A DNA stretch of 64,000 bases, from positions 22,505-86,504 of IMG/VR virus record IMGVR_UViG_3300050138_000176; one strand, 5' to 3'. Shown here piece by piece: positions 1 to 10,291 of this stretch. Positions within the stretch are counted from its first letter, which is position 1. Each line of letters opens with the position of its first letter. A program made the position numbers and the translations under genes. The notes under the pieces were generated by a model. It was given only the letters and a program-made list of their open reading frames with translations, was not told where the DNA came from and ran no database searches. Source of the stretch: a virus.

Positions 1-350
1 TGATCGTCGAGGACAACGCGGACGAGGCGTTCGTGCTGGCCGAGATGTTGAAAGGCTACCCGTGCGACGTGGAGACCGTCCGGGACGCCGGCTCCTTCTA
101 CCAGTTTATCGCTGACAACAGGAAGCCGATAGACCTCACCTTCCTGGACATCCGCCTCAACAACGCGGACGGCCTCGACCTGATTAAGACCGCCAACAAG
201 GCTGGCACCATACTTAAATTCATCGTGCTCACCGGCTATCCAAGTGAAGAAATGAGCCTGCGGGCGCGGGAGCTTGGAGCCGTGGCGGTGTTCATCAAAC
301 CGCCAACCACCGAGCAAATGGACGCGCTGTTCGGCCAAATCAGCAAATGA
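1..350 (+). CDS. CheY-like response regulator receiver protein (5' end outside window)
   Basis: Frame open from position 3 (IVEDNADE); acidic pocket, FLDIRL...DGLDL phosphoacceptor, LTGY and FIKP receiver motifs. Confidence 0.85.
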   Translation, partial: IVEDNADEAFVLAEMLKGYPCDVETVRDAGSFYQFIADNRKPIDLTFLDIRLNNADGLDLIKTANKAGTILKFIVLTGYPSEEMSLRARELGAVAVFIKPPTTEQMDALFGQISK

Positions 351-667
351 ATATGGAAGACTATCAATACAAGAACATCGTCGAACAGCTTGCCGAGATT
401 AACGGACGCCTCAAGGTGGTCGAGGACGCGCTGCGCGGCGACCCGATGAAGGGCGTGGACGGCGTCATGGGCAACCAGCGCAAGATGCTGGTGGACTTGT
501 ACGGGACTCCAGAAACAAGGGTGAACGCCATCGTCACCAGGCTGTCCGCCGTCGAGGACAAGGACAACCGCCGCATGTGGTTCATCAGCGGCTGGGCCGC
601 CGGGGCCGGCGTTGTGGCATCGCTGGTATTTGGTGCGGTCAAAGCATTCTTCTTCAAGGAGAAATGA
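347..667 (+). CDS. Small protein with C-terminal transmembrane helix (holin-like position)
   Basis: Coiled N-terminus, hydrophobic C-terminus, ATGA coupling. Confidence 0.55.
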   Translation: MNMEDYQYKNIVEQLAEINGRLKVVEDALRGDPMKGVDGVMGNQRKMLVDLYGTPETRVNAIVTRLSAVEDKDNRRMWFISGWAAGAGVVASLVFGAVKAFFFKEK

Positions 668-1134
668 ATACCAATTCCATCACCGAGCAGCCGGCAGGCG
701 TATTCCCGGCGACCTGGCTCGCGCTGGCTCCGTTCCTGCTCGTGCTGGCGCTGCTGGTCGCCGCCGTGTTCGTGCTGCCCATCATGCAGAAGCGGGTGCT
801 CGGCCTGGACCCGACATTCGTGAAGATGGTCGCCGGGACGTGCCTGGCCGCATTTATTTTTTCGCAGGCATGGTTTTCGCAAATGGATAGCTTCAAGTAT
901 GTGAACCCGTACGCGCTCTACTGGCTCAAGTACGGGTTCGGAATCGCGGCGGCCATGCTGTTGACATTGGACAAGTTCTTATCAAAAGACTACGCGGAGC
1001 ACGAGCAGAAGGCAAAGGACGCGGCCAGCCACAAGGTCACGGAGACCGAGACGGACATTCATTCAAAGTCGGTGCTGAGAGATCCACCACAACAACTGCC
1101 GGACACCACGGCGCAACCAAAAGACAAACCATGA
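664..1134 (+). CDS. Multi-pass membrane protein
   Basis: ATG at 664 overlaps previous stop; three hydrophobic segments. Confidence 0.55.
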   Translation: MNTNSITEQPAGVFPATWLALAPFLLVLALLVAAVFVLPIMQKRVLGLDPTFVKMVAGTCLAAFIFSQAWFSQMDSFKYVNPYALYWLKYGFGIAAAMLLTLDKFLSKDYAEHEQKAKDAASHKVTETETDIHSKSVLRDPPQQLPDTTAQPKDKP

Positions 1135-1373
1135 AACTAATTGCAGACATATCAGTCGGAAGCGGCAGCGGCCTGATCCATTCGCTGCTCGCGGTGCTCA
1201 TTGTGGGCATCTGCATCGGAATCGTTTACGCCGTGGGTCGATGGTTCATTCTGAAGCTCACCCAGTCCGCGCTGGTGATGACCGTCTGGAACGGGTTCTT
1301 CATCCTGGTCGGCGCAATCATTGTCATAAATTTTTTGATGTCTCTCACCGGACATCCATTCATCCAGTGGTAA
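1131..1373 (+). CDS. Small two-TM membrane protein
   Basis: Two hydrophobic helices; translational coupling. Confidence 0.55.
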   Translation: MKLIADISVGSGSGLIHSLLAVLIVGICIGIVYAVGRWFILKLTQSALVMTVWNGFFILVGAIIVINFLMSLTGHPFIQW

Positions 1374-1376
1374 GGC

Positions 1377-1405
1377 TTGACCCATGGCGGCGGTCGCCGT
1401 AACCT
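1377..1405 (+). promoter_or_regulatory. Putative sigma70-type promoter
   Basis: TTGACC-N17-TAACCT upstream of ORF 1417. Confidence 0.45.
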
Positions 1406-1416
1406 GACTGCCTATT

Positions 1417-2037
1417 ATGGATAATAAAACTACAAATCAACCAATCAAGATCAAGATGTCGGCGCTGCTCGACGGGCAGCGGTATCTCATGCAAGGCGGC
1501 CAGCAGGTGCTGTTCGTGCCATTCAACGAAGCCCTGCGCGCCCTGGCGAACGACCCGGTGCAGGAGTTCAAAACCAAGTACCGGGCCGGGCGGACGCTGG
1601 ACCAGTGCGAGCGGCTGCTCAAGGACTTCGCCAAGACACGGGACGCGCTGATCGAGCAGCACGGCGTCAAGCAGTCCGTGGTGTTCGGCAGGCGCAAGGC
1701 TGAACTGGAGGCCATGATCGACCCTGCCGGACCGGGAGTGACCATCAAGGCGGTTGACCCCATAGCCAATGAACTCAAGCAACTCACGCAGCACCTGGAG
1801 GCCATCGCCAAGAACCCGGCGCTGGACGCCTACACAATCGACCCGCAGGACGTGGAGGCCAACGCGGCGTTCCGCAAGGACATGGACGAGGCTGCTGCGT
1901 CTGAGATCGAGCTGACGCACCTGGCAGGCCCGTTGAAGCTGGTCGAGTCCAAGACCGTGAAAGGCGAGGAGGTCGCCTGCGCGCTGACCGGCGAGCAACT
2001 GGCGCTGCTGGCCGACCTGATCGAGCCGCCGCAGTAA
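1417..2037 (+). CDS. Hypothetical protein (possible tail assembly chaperone by position)
   Basis: 206 aa ORF just upstream of the tape-measure-like gene. Confidence 0.5.
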   Translation: MDNKTTNQPIKIKMSALLDGQRYLMQGGQQVLFVPFNEALRALANDPVQEFKTKYRAGRTLDQCERLLKDFAKTRDALIEQHGVKQSVVFGRRKAELEAMIDPAGPGVTIKAVDPIANELKQLTQHLEAIAKNPALDAYTIDPQDVEANAAFRKDMDEAAASEIELTHLAGPLKLVESKTVKGEEVACALTGEQLALLADLIEPPQ

Positions 2038-2041
2038 CGCT

Positions 2042-4048
2042 ATGCCAGACCAGGAGTCACAATGGCGGATGGTGCTGAAGTTCGTGACCGAGGCCGCTGG
2101 CCTCAAGGACGCGACTCGTGGCCAGGCTGAACTGACGAAGCAGACCAACGCGCTGACCCAGGCCACCGAACGCTACAACGTGGTCGCGGCGAAGCAGCAG
2201 CGGATCAATAGCGACCTGGCGACAACCGCGTTCCAGAACAAGAAGGCTCCTGACCCGTTCAAGTTCACCGCGCAGGACGCAGCCGAAGGGCAGAAGCGTT
2301 ACGACGCGATGCTGAAGCGGGCCGAAGGTCGCAGGATGGTGTACGAGGGCCGGGCCGCGCAGCAGAAGCGCGTCGATCAGCTCTCGTGGCAGTCCAAAGA
2401 CTCCGACTTCCTGGACCCGTTCACGGCGAACGCCGGCAAGGCGGCGGCGGCCACGGAGAAGGTGGGCGCGGCGGCGGCGAAGGCCACCGGCCACGTCAGC
2501 GGCCTGTCGCGGGTCGTGAACCGGCTGGGGTCGGCGTTTGGTCTAAGCGGCATTGGTGGCGTTGCGATGGGAGGATTCGTGGCTGGTGCTTCGATTCTGG
2601 TTGGCATCCTGATAAAGATGGTTTCGGTGGCCAACGAGTTAGCCACGCAGATCAGGGACGTGCCGATTGGAAACTTGGTAAAGCAGTGGGAGAAAATAAA
2701 GGAGGATACCTACGAAGCTGGGCAGGCCACCGACGCCTACTTCCGTTCCTTGCAGCGCATTCTGGCGCGTCCCGAAACCGAGGCCAGTAAAGCCGCCGCC
2801 CGGCTTGCCATGATTAAGGAAGTCGCGGACTACGAGGAGAAGACCGCCGACCACTCACACCAGATGAACCTGTTGCGGATACAGGAGGCCGAATCGCAGA
2901 ACCTGATAAGTCACCAAGAAGCACTGCGGCGCAAGTTCCAAGAGGATGAAGCCTACGAGCTAAAGAAGCTGGCGCTCGAACTCAAGAGCCTGCAAACCGA
3001 ACTTGATTCCAAGAAGGAACTCCTCGAAGCGCAGACCGGCCAAGCGATGGATCTTGGCGATCAAATTAAAAAAGCGTCAGATACCGCTACAGCCGCCGGG
3101 GCGAAGGCGTCGTTGAAGCGCGCCACCTACGATCGTGACTTGAAGCACAAGGAGGCATTGGAGAAGCAGGTGGCTGACTACGACGCACAAATAGCCGACG
3201 CGACCGCGAGCATCAACGCCACCGACAAGTTTACGGGGGCGACCTACGGTTCTAAAGCGTCGCAGGCCGCGTCACTGCACCAATATGTCAAGTTGTGGGG
3301 AACGCACGGCGTTCCGGGAGCGCAAGACGTGCCGGGTCTGGAGGATAACAGGAGCAAGGCCAGCGACGAGCTAGGTGCATTCAGGAGCGGACTGGATAAG
3401 GAATTAAAAGCCGCCCAAGACGCTGAGAAAGCGGATACTCTGGCAAAGGAGGCCGCGCAGGAACTCAAGACACAGTTCGACGCGCTGACAACTTCCATTG
3501 CCGCGTTGCGGATAGAGATACCGAACTTAACCAACCTGACTGGACGCAAGGCTGCGGACATTACCGCTGAGGAGCGAGACGCGCATAGGAAAATGGTTCA
3601 GGAGCGGGTTGCCTCAGTGGCGGCTAAAGAAGCAGCGAAAGACATCGCGCCAGGTGGTGCTGGTTCGATACTTATGTGGGGAACTGACAAGGCGAAATGG
3701 GATAGAACCGCGCCTCAGAATCGCGGTGGAATGAACCCGCCACAGCCGTACTTCAACCCGTCCCTCGTGGACCCGGTTTCCGGTATGCCCTACCCTGCCG
3801 GTCAGAAGCTCAATCAGGATCAATGGAACGTGCGGCAGTACGGCAACCGGGCGCCTGGCGGTGCTGGCAACGACTACTCCCAGATTCCTGGTGAATTGCA
3901 GCCGTTGGCAGAGAGCATTAGTAAGGAAACCGCCAACCTGAATAAAGGGATTTTTACAGGATTCTCCAGCGTTCACGACGAGCTAATTGATATCAATCGC
4001 AAAATAGCCGAGTTCAACGAGCGCATGAAGGACATGCGGAATAACTGA
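2042..4048 (+). CDS. Tape-measure-like protein
   Basis: 668 aa Ala/Lys/Glu-rich helical protein with one Gly-rich hydrophobic segment; tail context. Confidence 0.55.
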   Translation: MPDQESQWRMVLKFVTEAAGLKDATRGQAELTKQTNALTQATERYNVVAAKQQRINSDLATTAFQNKKAPDPFKFTAQDAAEGQKRYDAMLKRAEGRRMVYEGRAAQQKRVDQLSWQSKDSDFLDPFTANAGKAAAATEKVGAAAAKATGHVSGLSRVVNRLGSAFGLSGIGGVAMGGFVAGASILVGILIKMVSVANELATQIRDVPIGNLVKQWEKIKEDTYEAGQATDAYFRSLQRILARPETEASKAAARLAMIKEVADYEEKTADHSHQMNLLRIQEAESQNLISHQEALRRKFQEDEAYELKKLALELKSLQTELDSKKELLEAQTGQAMDLGDQIKKASDTATAAGAKASLKRATYDRDLKHKEALEKQVADYDAQIADATASINATDKFTGATYGSKASQAASLHQYVKLWGTHGVPGAQDVPGLEDNRSKASDELGAFRSGLDKELKAAQDAEKADTLAKEAAQELKTQFDALTTSIAALRIEIPNLTNLTGRKAADITAEERDAHRKMVQERVASVAAKEAAKDIAPGGAGSILMWGTDKAKWDRTAPQNRGGMNPPQPYFNPSLVDPVSGMPYPAGQKLNQDQWNVRQYGNRAPGGAGNDYSQIPGELQPLAESISKETANLNKGIFTGFSSVHDELIDINRKIAEFNERMKDMRNN

Positions 4049-4052
4049 CACC

Positions 4053-6173
4053 ATGCCCACCATCGGCACAAACCTCTGGACGCTGACCTACGACCCGACC
4101 GGCGCCAACGTGGAGCAGGCGCTGGCCGACTGGGGCATAACCGGCATGCGGATCGAGTACGTGTCGCAGGCGATGGACACCGTGGCGTTCCGGCTCGCCG
4201 GCTCCAATGTGGACGACCCTCTGGTGTTCGCGTTCCTGAAGGAGTGTGTCATCAAGAGCGGCCGCACCAGCACCGACGGCGTGGTGTTCAGCGGCGGCAG
4301 GTCCCGGTTCCGCGGCCTGGTGCTTGAGCCGAAGCGGGCAGCTCAGGGAGGCGACGAGTCCATGACCTACAAGCTCGGCGGCCCGTGGTGGTACTTCGAG
4401 AATCTGACCGCCGAGGTGGATTTCAAGATCATCACCGCCATCGCTCCAGGCGGCGCCATCACCTACGCGACCTTCCGCAGCACCCATTTCCTGCTGAATT
4501 GGAATGCGCAGAACCTGCGGCAGACCACCGGACAAATAATTGAGGAGATGGTGAAACTCAGCATCACCACCGGCGCGCCGATGCAGATTCTGCCGGACGA
4601 GACCCGCACTGTGATCAACCTGCCAGGAGAGAACGATGGAACGGCGCTGTGCAGCGCAGGGATACGAAGCGACCTCTACGTGCCGCTGGATGAGGTGAAC
4701 ACAATCTCGGTCGCGGAATGTATCCGTAAAATGTTCCGCTGGACTCCGGACTTGGTTTCATGGTTCGACTACACGACCGACCCATACCCGACGTTCCGCT
4801 GCTGCCGCCACACGGACATGGCGCAGGTTAACATCGACCTATTGGATGGTGGTGACGTGGCCGGAGTGTCCATCACCAGCGCCACGCTGACGCCGCGCTA
4901 CGACCTCCAGCGGCCGTTCGTGAAATTCATCTTCGAGACCACCAACGAGCTGAACGGTCAGAGCACATTCCTGCTCAGTTACCAGACCTACCCGCCCAGC
5001 CCGGACACCACCGGCATCGGCGCGTTCCGTGGCCTGGAGATGACGGTGGCGTTGCAGGGCGCCAACGTGCATACCACCGATGCCACATTGACAAGCCAGG
5101 TGCTGCCGGTTTTCGGTGTAAGTTCATCCGCCGACCTGGCCTACATCAAAGGCAAGTGCAACTGGTTTGCGGATAAGACTGTCGCAGCGCTCACCGTGAA
5201 CAGCGTCTCGTTCCAGCAGGCCGACCCGAACGCGGCTCCAGTGGCGTTCTCTCCCACTTACAATTACGAGATCGTGCAGGGCGGCATCACGCCGTGGATG
5301 AGCCAGGGCGGCGTCCCGGCCCTGTGGGATTCGCAGATAGCGATATTCAACGTGGACTACACGCTGTCGAACGGCGAGTTCACGAAGGGCCACAGCATCC
5401 AGGTGGAGATACGGACGACCAACCTGAACACGAACGGCATCCGCAAGAAGTTCACCGAGGTCAGCGGCACGCCGTTCTCCGAGGCCGTTCCTTCCAACCT
5501 GGCGCAGGAGTTCTACAACGCGGTCAACGTGCTCCAATGGGACGGCGAGCTGAAGTGCAAGCAGGACGAGGCGGACTGGCTCGACCTGGACGGCGCACCG
5601 GTCGGCATCGGGTGCGCGCTCAACATCGACGACAGCGCGCAGTTTGCCGGCATGGCCGCCACGATCCAGCAGGTGCGCGTGGATGTGGACACCGGCAAGA
5701 CTACGGTGAAGATCGGCCCGAACCGGATGCTGACGGTGAACGACATTGTGGACTTGATGCGGGTCGTGCGGCGGCGGCTGGTGCTGCTGCCTCTGTCCAC
5801 GATGACCGGCGGCACGCTCGGCGGCGGCACGTCGCTGGCCCTGGCGGACGCCTACCCGGCCGGCAAGGGGGCGGCGGGCGCCGGCTACAAGCCGGTGGCC
5901 GTGGCCTCGGACAACGGCGGCGCAACGAACAACTACGTGGCGATGAACACGAACCCGCTGGCGTCCGGTCCGGGAGCCGGGTCATGGGGTCTGCTAGTGC
6001 AGCAGGCTGGTGACAATCTTATCAATGTGAGTTACCCGGACGCCATCATAAACGGCGTCAAGCGGCCGGTTGCGCTGCGGCTCTACGACGTATGCACCTA
6101 CGACCCGGCCACTGGAGCGCCGACCGTGCAGCAATGCGTGCTGCTCGGCTCTGTGCCGTTCCCAAAGACGTGA
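4053..6173 (+). CDS. Putative tail/baseplate hub protein
   Basis: 706 aa Thr/Gly/Val-rich; follows tape measure. Confidence 0.5.
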   Translation: MPTIGTNLWTLTYDPTGANVEQALADWGITGMRIEYVSQAMDTVAFRLAGSNVDDPLVFAFLKECVIKSGRTSTDGVVFSGGRSRFRGLVLEPKRAAQGGDESMTYKLGGPWWYFENLTAEVDFKIITAIAPGGAITYATFRSTHFLLNWNAQNLRQTTGQIIEEMVKLSITTGAPMQILPDETRTVINLPGENDGTALCSAGIRSDLYVPLDEVNTISVAECIRKMFRWTPDLVSWFDYTTDPYPTFRCCRHTDMAQVNIDLLDGGDVAGVSITSATLTPRYDLQRPFVKFIFETTNELNGQSTFLLSYQTYPPSPDTTGIGAFRGLEMTVALQGANVHTTDATLTSQVLPVFGVSSSADLAYIKGKCNWFADKTVAALTVNSVSFQQADPNAAPVAFSPTYNYEIVQGGITPWMSQGGVPALWDSQIAIFNVDYTLSNGEFTKGHSIQVEIRTTNLNTNGIRKKFTEVSGTPFSEAVPSNLAQEFYNAVNVLQWDGELKCKQDEADWLDLDGAPVGIGCALNIDDSAQFAGMAATIQQVRVDVDTGKTTVKIGPNRMLTVNDIVDLMRVVRRRLVLLPLSTMTGGTLGGGTSLALADAYPAGKGAAGAGYKPVAVASDNGGATNNYVAMNTNPLASGPGAGSWGLLVQQAGDNLINVSYPDAIINGVKRPVALRLYDVCTYDPATGAPTVQQCVLLGSVPFPKT

Positions 6174-6396
6174 ACACCATAGCCAAACTCGTTATTCTGT
6201 TCTGCTGCTTTGCCGGACTGGTTCTGGTTGAGAAGTGGCGCGGCGACCGATTGCAGACAGACTGGGACTACAACCGACGCTCTTTGTGGTTCGAGTTCCA
6301 TCATGGCGGCGGGGAAACTATAATTGGCGCTGGTTGGGAAAAGCATTACCCAGTCAACGGTGGATATGATGACGGGTTTTGGAAGCCTTTCTACCT

Positions 6397-6780
6397 ATGC
6401 GAATCTTGGCATACATCGTCGTATTGATTCCTATTTATCTGACCGGCTGCGCCACCGCTCCAGTCACGCCAGTTCTGCCTCCTGTCACCTCGTCGCCGGC
6501 GCGGCCACCGCTGCCGACCATGCCGCCGGGCATGACAGGACATGCGCAACCAGAGGCCGCTCCACAGTCCGTGCCAGTTCAACAGAAGGCGCATACAACC
6601 GTCGTCGCCGCCGACTGGCCGCCGGTGCCGGGCACCGGGTTCTTTCAGAGCTCGACCGACCTGGTTCATTGGACCACGTTCTACTCGTTCCAAGTGCCTG
6701 ACGGCGGCGGCACGGTGACGGCTACCAACCTGTCTCCGGCATCCGTCATGTTCTACCGGGTCGGGAGGTCGGTTCCGTGA
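6397..6780 (+). CDS. Lipoprotein with Pro-rich linker and STDLxxW...FYRV C-terminal domain
   Basis: Signal ending in lipobox LTGC; QSSTDLVHWT...FYRV. Confidence 0.6.
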   Translation: MRILAYIVVLIPIYLTGCATAPVTPVLPPVTSSPARPPLPTMPPGMTGHAQPEAAPQSVPVQQKAHTTVVAADWPPVPGTGFFQSSTDLVHWTTFYSFQVPDGGGTVTATNLSPASVMFYRVGRSVP

Positions 6781-8063
6781 GCGCGTCGGTAGCCTCGCTG
6801 TGCTGCTGCACGGACAACCTGCTGCCGGACTACATCAACGTGCAGGCCGTGGCCGGGTGCCAGTGCTTCGGGCCGCTGCCGTCGGTCCAGGACACGGTGA
6901 CAGTCGGCCTGATCACGTTTCCTGAGAACACCCATTCCATCGACCCAGGGCAGGCCACGCGCCGCTACCTGACCAAGACGATGTCGGTCGTCGGGGTGGT
7001 CGGCGTGTCATTGGAAGGCGGCAATGTGAACGGGAGCTATGATTGCACGATCACCGTGGACCGCGTGAACGGGACGGTGTCCATCGGCGAGAACTTCGGC
7101 ACGGACGCCTCGGCGGCGCTGACCATCCTTGGCCGTTTCCTATCTTTCGTCGCCACGATGGACGCGAGCGGCGGCCGCGGCAACGGCTACAGCTCCGCGC
7201 AGTTCACGCCGGAGACCATAACGGTGTCTGGCTACCACGACCCGTACGGCACGTTCTCCGGCACGCTGGCGGTCAGCGACGAGTACACGCATGAGATGCA
7301 GCAGCAGGACGTGACCAACCTGCTCGCGCTGGTGCCATGGACGCCGGAGCATCCACTGGCTCAAGCGATCCAGAAGTGGCTGTTCCGCTACTTCACGACC
7401 AACTACGCAATCGCGCCCGACCCGGCCATCGCGCTGCTGGTGCTGGAGGGCCAGTTGCACAAGGAGGACTTTGAGAACATCTACATCAGTTACGGACCGC
7501 AAACTGTGTCCGCCGACTTCCTCGACCAGTTCGGCGACATATCTTCCATCGGGCCGCAGTTCTTCAACCCGGTGTTCCCGACATTCCGAAACGGATCAGG
7601 CATCATCCCGGCACCGTTCTCCGCAGGAGGCGATGGAGGCATCTATATATTCGGCGTCGCCGGTCTGGTGTATGGAGTGTCAACACCGCAGTCGGGCGGA
7701 CTGATAACCAATACACAAAACCCGCCGCTGCGCACCGATGGAAGGTTCCTGTTCGGCGACTACTTCAGCCCGGCGACGCGAGGCAACAAGCTGCGGTTCA
7801 CGGACGCCGGGAGCGGCACGGCGGCGGACGGCGGCGTGACTGGCGCGTATCTGGTGTCGCAGAAGACCATGGTGCTGACCACCGGCCTCTACACGCAGTT
7901 CACTGCGTCGCAGGAGTTCGACTTCACGACCGGGCCTGCCGCGCCGGTGACGGCCGACAGTGCGGTGTCGGTTCCAGTGCCGACCGCGTATGAGGCCGTG
8001 CCGCTCCAGTACGTGAATCAGAGCGGTTGGATTAACGAGTTAATGTCCTTATTTAAACAATGA
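6777..8063 (+). CDS. Putative virion/tail protein
   Basis: 428 aa Gly/Thr-rich with Cys-rich N-terminus. Confidence 0.45.
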   Translation: MSASVASLCCCTDNLLPDYINVQAVAGCQCFGPLPSVQDTVTVGLITFPENTHSIDPGQATRRYLTKTMSVVGVVGVSLEGGNVNGSYDCTITVDRVNGTVSIGENFGTDASAALTILGRFLSFVATMDASGGRGNGYSSAQFTPETITVSGYHDPYGTFSGTLAVSDEYTHEMQQQDVTNLLALVPWTPEHPLAQAIQKWLFRYFTTNYAIAPDPAIALLVLEGQLHKEDFENIYISYGPQTVSADFLDQFGDISSIGPQFFNPVFPTFRNGSGIIPAPFSAGGDGGIYIFGVAGLVYGVSTPQSGGLITNTQNPPLRTDGRFLFGDYFSPATRGNKLRFTDAGSGTAADGGVTGAYLVSQKTMVLTTGLYTQFTASQEFDFTTGPAAPVTADSAVSVPVPTAYEAVPLQYVNQSGWINELMSLFKQ

Positions 8064-8347
8064 AGCGCTTCACCGAGACCGAGTTCGCGCCGCCGACCGT
8101 TCCGGCCATGCTGCTGTCCTTCACGGCGGCCGTGGCGCGCTTCGTGGCCGCCGGGCTGCCGGTCGCCAGCGAGGCCCAGTTCCGGGAGCGGCTGGCCGTG
8201 TGCCAGGGCGACGGCGACAAGGCCCGGTGCAGGCACTGGAACGGCAGCCGGTGCCTGGCGTGCGGATGCATAAAGATAAAACTTCACTTGGCTACAGAAC
8301 GGTGTCCGCTTGGAAAGTGGTTGACACCCGACCTGAAACGCGGTTAA
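8060..8347 (+). CDS. Small Cys-rich phage protein
   Basis: RLAVC...CLACGC...CPLGKW pattern. Confidence 0.55.
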   Translation: MKRFTETEFAPPTVPAMLLSFTAAVARFVAAGLPVASEAQFRERLAVCQGDGDKARCRHWNGSRCLACGCIKIKLHLATERCPLGKWLTPDLKRG

Positions 8348-8977
8348 ATTGCGCCATGAATAATGATATTGGTAATGTATCAGTTTGGTTTAAACCCTCC
8401 TTTGGCATCCTCTCATTTCGTGACGGCTGGGATCACTACCTGTTGATTTGCGCCTGCTTGTTTAGCTTCTTCGGGTGCGGGCGTATCCTTTGGGAAGAAT
8501 ACCGATTTAACTTCCACCGCAAGAAGCGCGGCGGTAAGAAAGGCCAAAAGCCAGGTGAGCCACACAATCGTTCATAGCGGTTTCAGATGTTTCTGTTCAT
8601 TCGGGTGTTCGTGCTTGTTACACGAACACCCATTTTCTCATAAAATATGACCCTTACTTTCAAAAAAACATCATTCCAAGTCCGGTGGCTGGCTTTTAAA
8701 ATGTCGCACAATTTCCGGGTGTTCTTTGCCAGACCGCTGGTGGTGCAATTCCCCGCCAAATGCGACTCTGAAATCAGAGCAATAATTGCCGAACTGGTTG
8801 GCCCGTCAAGCAGCATCCTTGGCGACGATCTGCTTCAAAAGCCTTGACGGTGGACTAGCGTTTACCATGCCACCGATGACGAAACGCTTTTTATTTCAAA
8901 CTGATACACCACCAATAAAATACTTGAACCGCAGGCGGCTACCGGGTTACAGTCCCGGTGAACGGTAAAGACATCTT

Positions 8978-10291
8978 ATGAAATTCACGATCAACCTCCT
9001 TTTAATCCTTGTCATCATCATTGCACTCTCAGTCCGCGCCTGGTCGCAGGTGCCTGAGCACGCATCGATGCCGGGCACGAACAGCCCGGCCACCAACATT
9101 GTCGCCGCGCCCGTGACCGACACCGGGGCCGCCGTCACGGACGCCGCCGGGCCGCTCGCGCCGCTGATAAAATCAATGGAGCACAATGGCGGCTGGCAGA
9201 AGTCCGTGGCGCAATGGTTCATGTGGCTGTCCGGGATAATGGTTATCGCCCGCGTGTCCTTCAAGGGATTCGGCGTCAAGATGCAGGCCGCGTTGACCGC
9301 AAGGATTATCGGCGACATAAGCAGGCCCGGCAGCGACCATGACATCTACACGCAGAAGTCGCTGTCCGCACCGGCCTACCGTTGGACCGTGTTCTGGATC
9401 GACATGCTGCTGTCCATCAAGCTGCCGACGCTGGACACCTATCTGGACGCGCTGGCTTCCAAGTATCCGCTGACGCCACCTCCCGCCGCCGTGGCAACCG
9501 GAACGGTGCTGACTCCAGAAACCACGCGGACAGGATGGATGCGAGTTCCAGACGGCACGACGCTGGCTCCCGGCCCAGGCGGCACACTCGTCGCGCATCC
9601 TGCCGCCGATCCTATTCTACAAACGCAACCACAACCACCCATCCAAGCCAATCCCGCACCCATGAAAACCATTGTATCAATCGCCTGCATCGCCGCGCTG
9701 CTGCTAGGCGCGGCCGGCTGCAAGTCCGTCACCACCGTTCAATCCGTCACCACAACCAACGAGGTCGGCGGCGTGTTATCCACCAACGTCACGCTCACAA
9801 CCAATGTGACCAGCGAGTTCGACCTGGAAACCACGACCAACACCATCAACATCGCATTGCCGCCGCTGGTCACGCTGGCGCTGACATCTGAGCCGCAAGC
9901 CCGGCCATACGTTCAAGTCGCTGTGACCGTTCTGGATGGCGCGATCATCAATGGGACGCTGACGCCTGCACAGCTTGACCAGTTGCTCGCGATTGCCGGC
10001 GTCAAGACGCTGACACCACAGGCCCAGGCGGTGCTGAACGCGGCCTCGGCGCTCTACACGGCGGCATACTCCAAGGTGGTTGCGCAGAAGCTGGACGCCA
10101 CGGCGAACCTGCTGCCGGTGCTCCAGTCCATTGACGCCGCGCTGAAGGCCGGTCTGGCAATGGTGCCAGGGCCGACGACCATGCGCGGCATAGACAAGGC
10201 CACCGGCACCAGCTACGCGCTCACCGGCTCACTTGGCACGTTCGAGGTCGGAGGCGACCCGGCTGGCTTCTATCTTCCTGACGCCAAGTGA
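8978..10291 (+). CDS. Membrane protein with in-frame internal lipoprotein (start 9662)
   Basis: N-terminal signal, TM segments, then MKTIVSIACIAALLLGAAGC lipobox in frame. Confidence 0.55.
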   Translation: MKFTINLLLILVIIIALSVRAWSQVPEHASMPGTNSPATNIVAAPVTDTGAAVTDAAGPLAPLIKSMEHNGGWQKSVAQWFMWLSGIMVIARVSFKGFGVKMQAALTARIIGDISRPGSDHDIYTQKSLSAPAYRWTVFWIDMLLSIKLPTLDTYLDALASKYPLTPPPAAVATGTVLTPETTRTGWMRVPDGTTLAPGPGGTLVAHPAADPILQTQPQPPIQANPAPMKTIVSIACIAALLLGAAGCKSVTTVQSVTTTNEVGGVLSTNVTLTTNVTSEFDLETTTNTINIALPPLVTLALTSEPQARPYVQVAVTVLDGAIINGTLTPAQLDQLLAIAGVKTLTPQAQAVLNAASALYTAAYSKVVAQKLDATANLLPVLQSIDAALKAGLAMVPGPTTMRGIDKATGTSYALTGSLGTFEVGGDPAGFYLPDAK

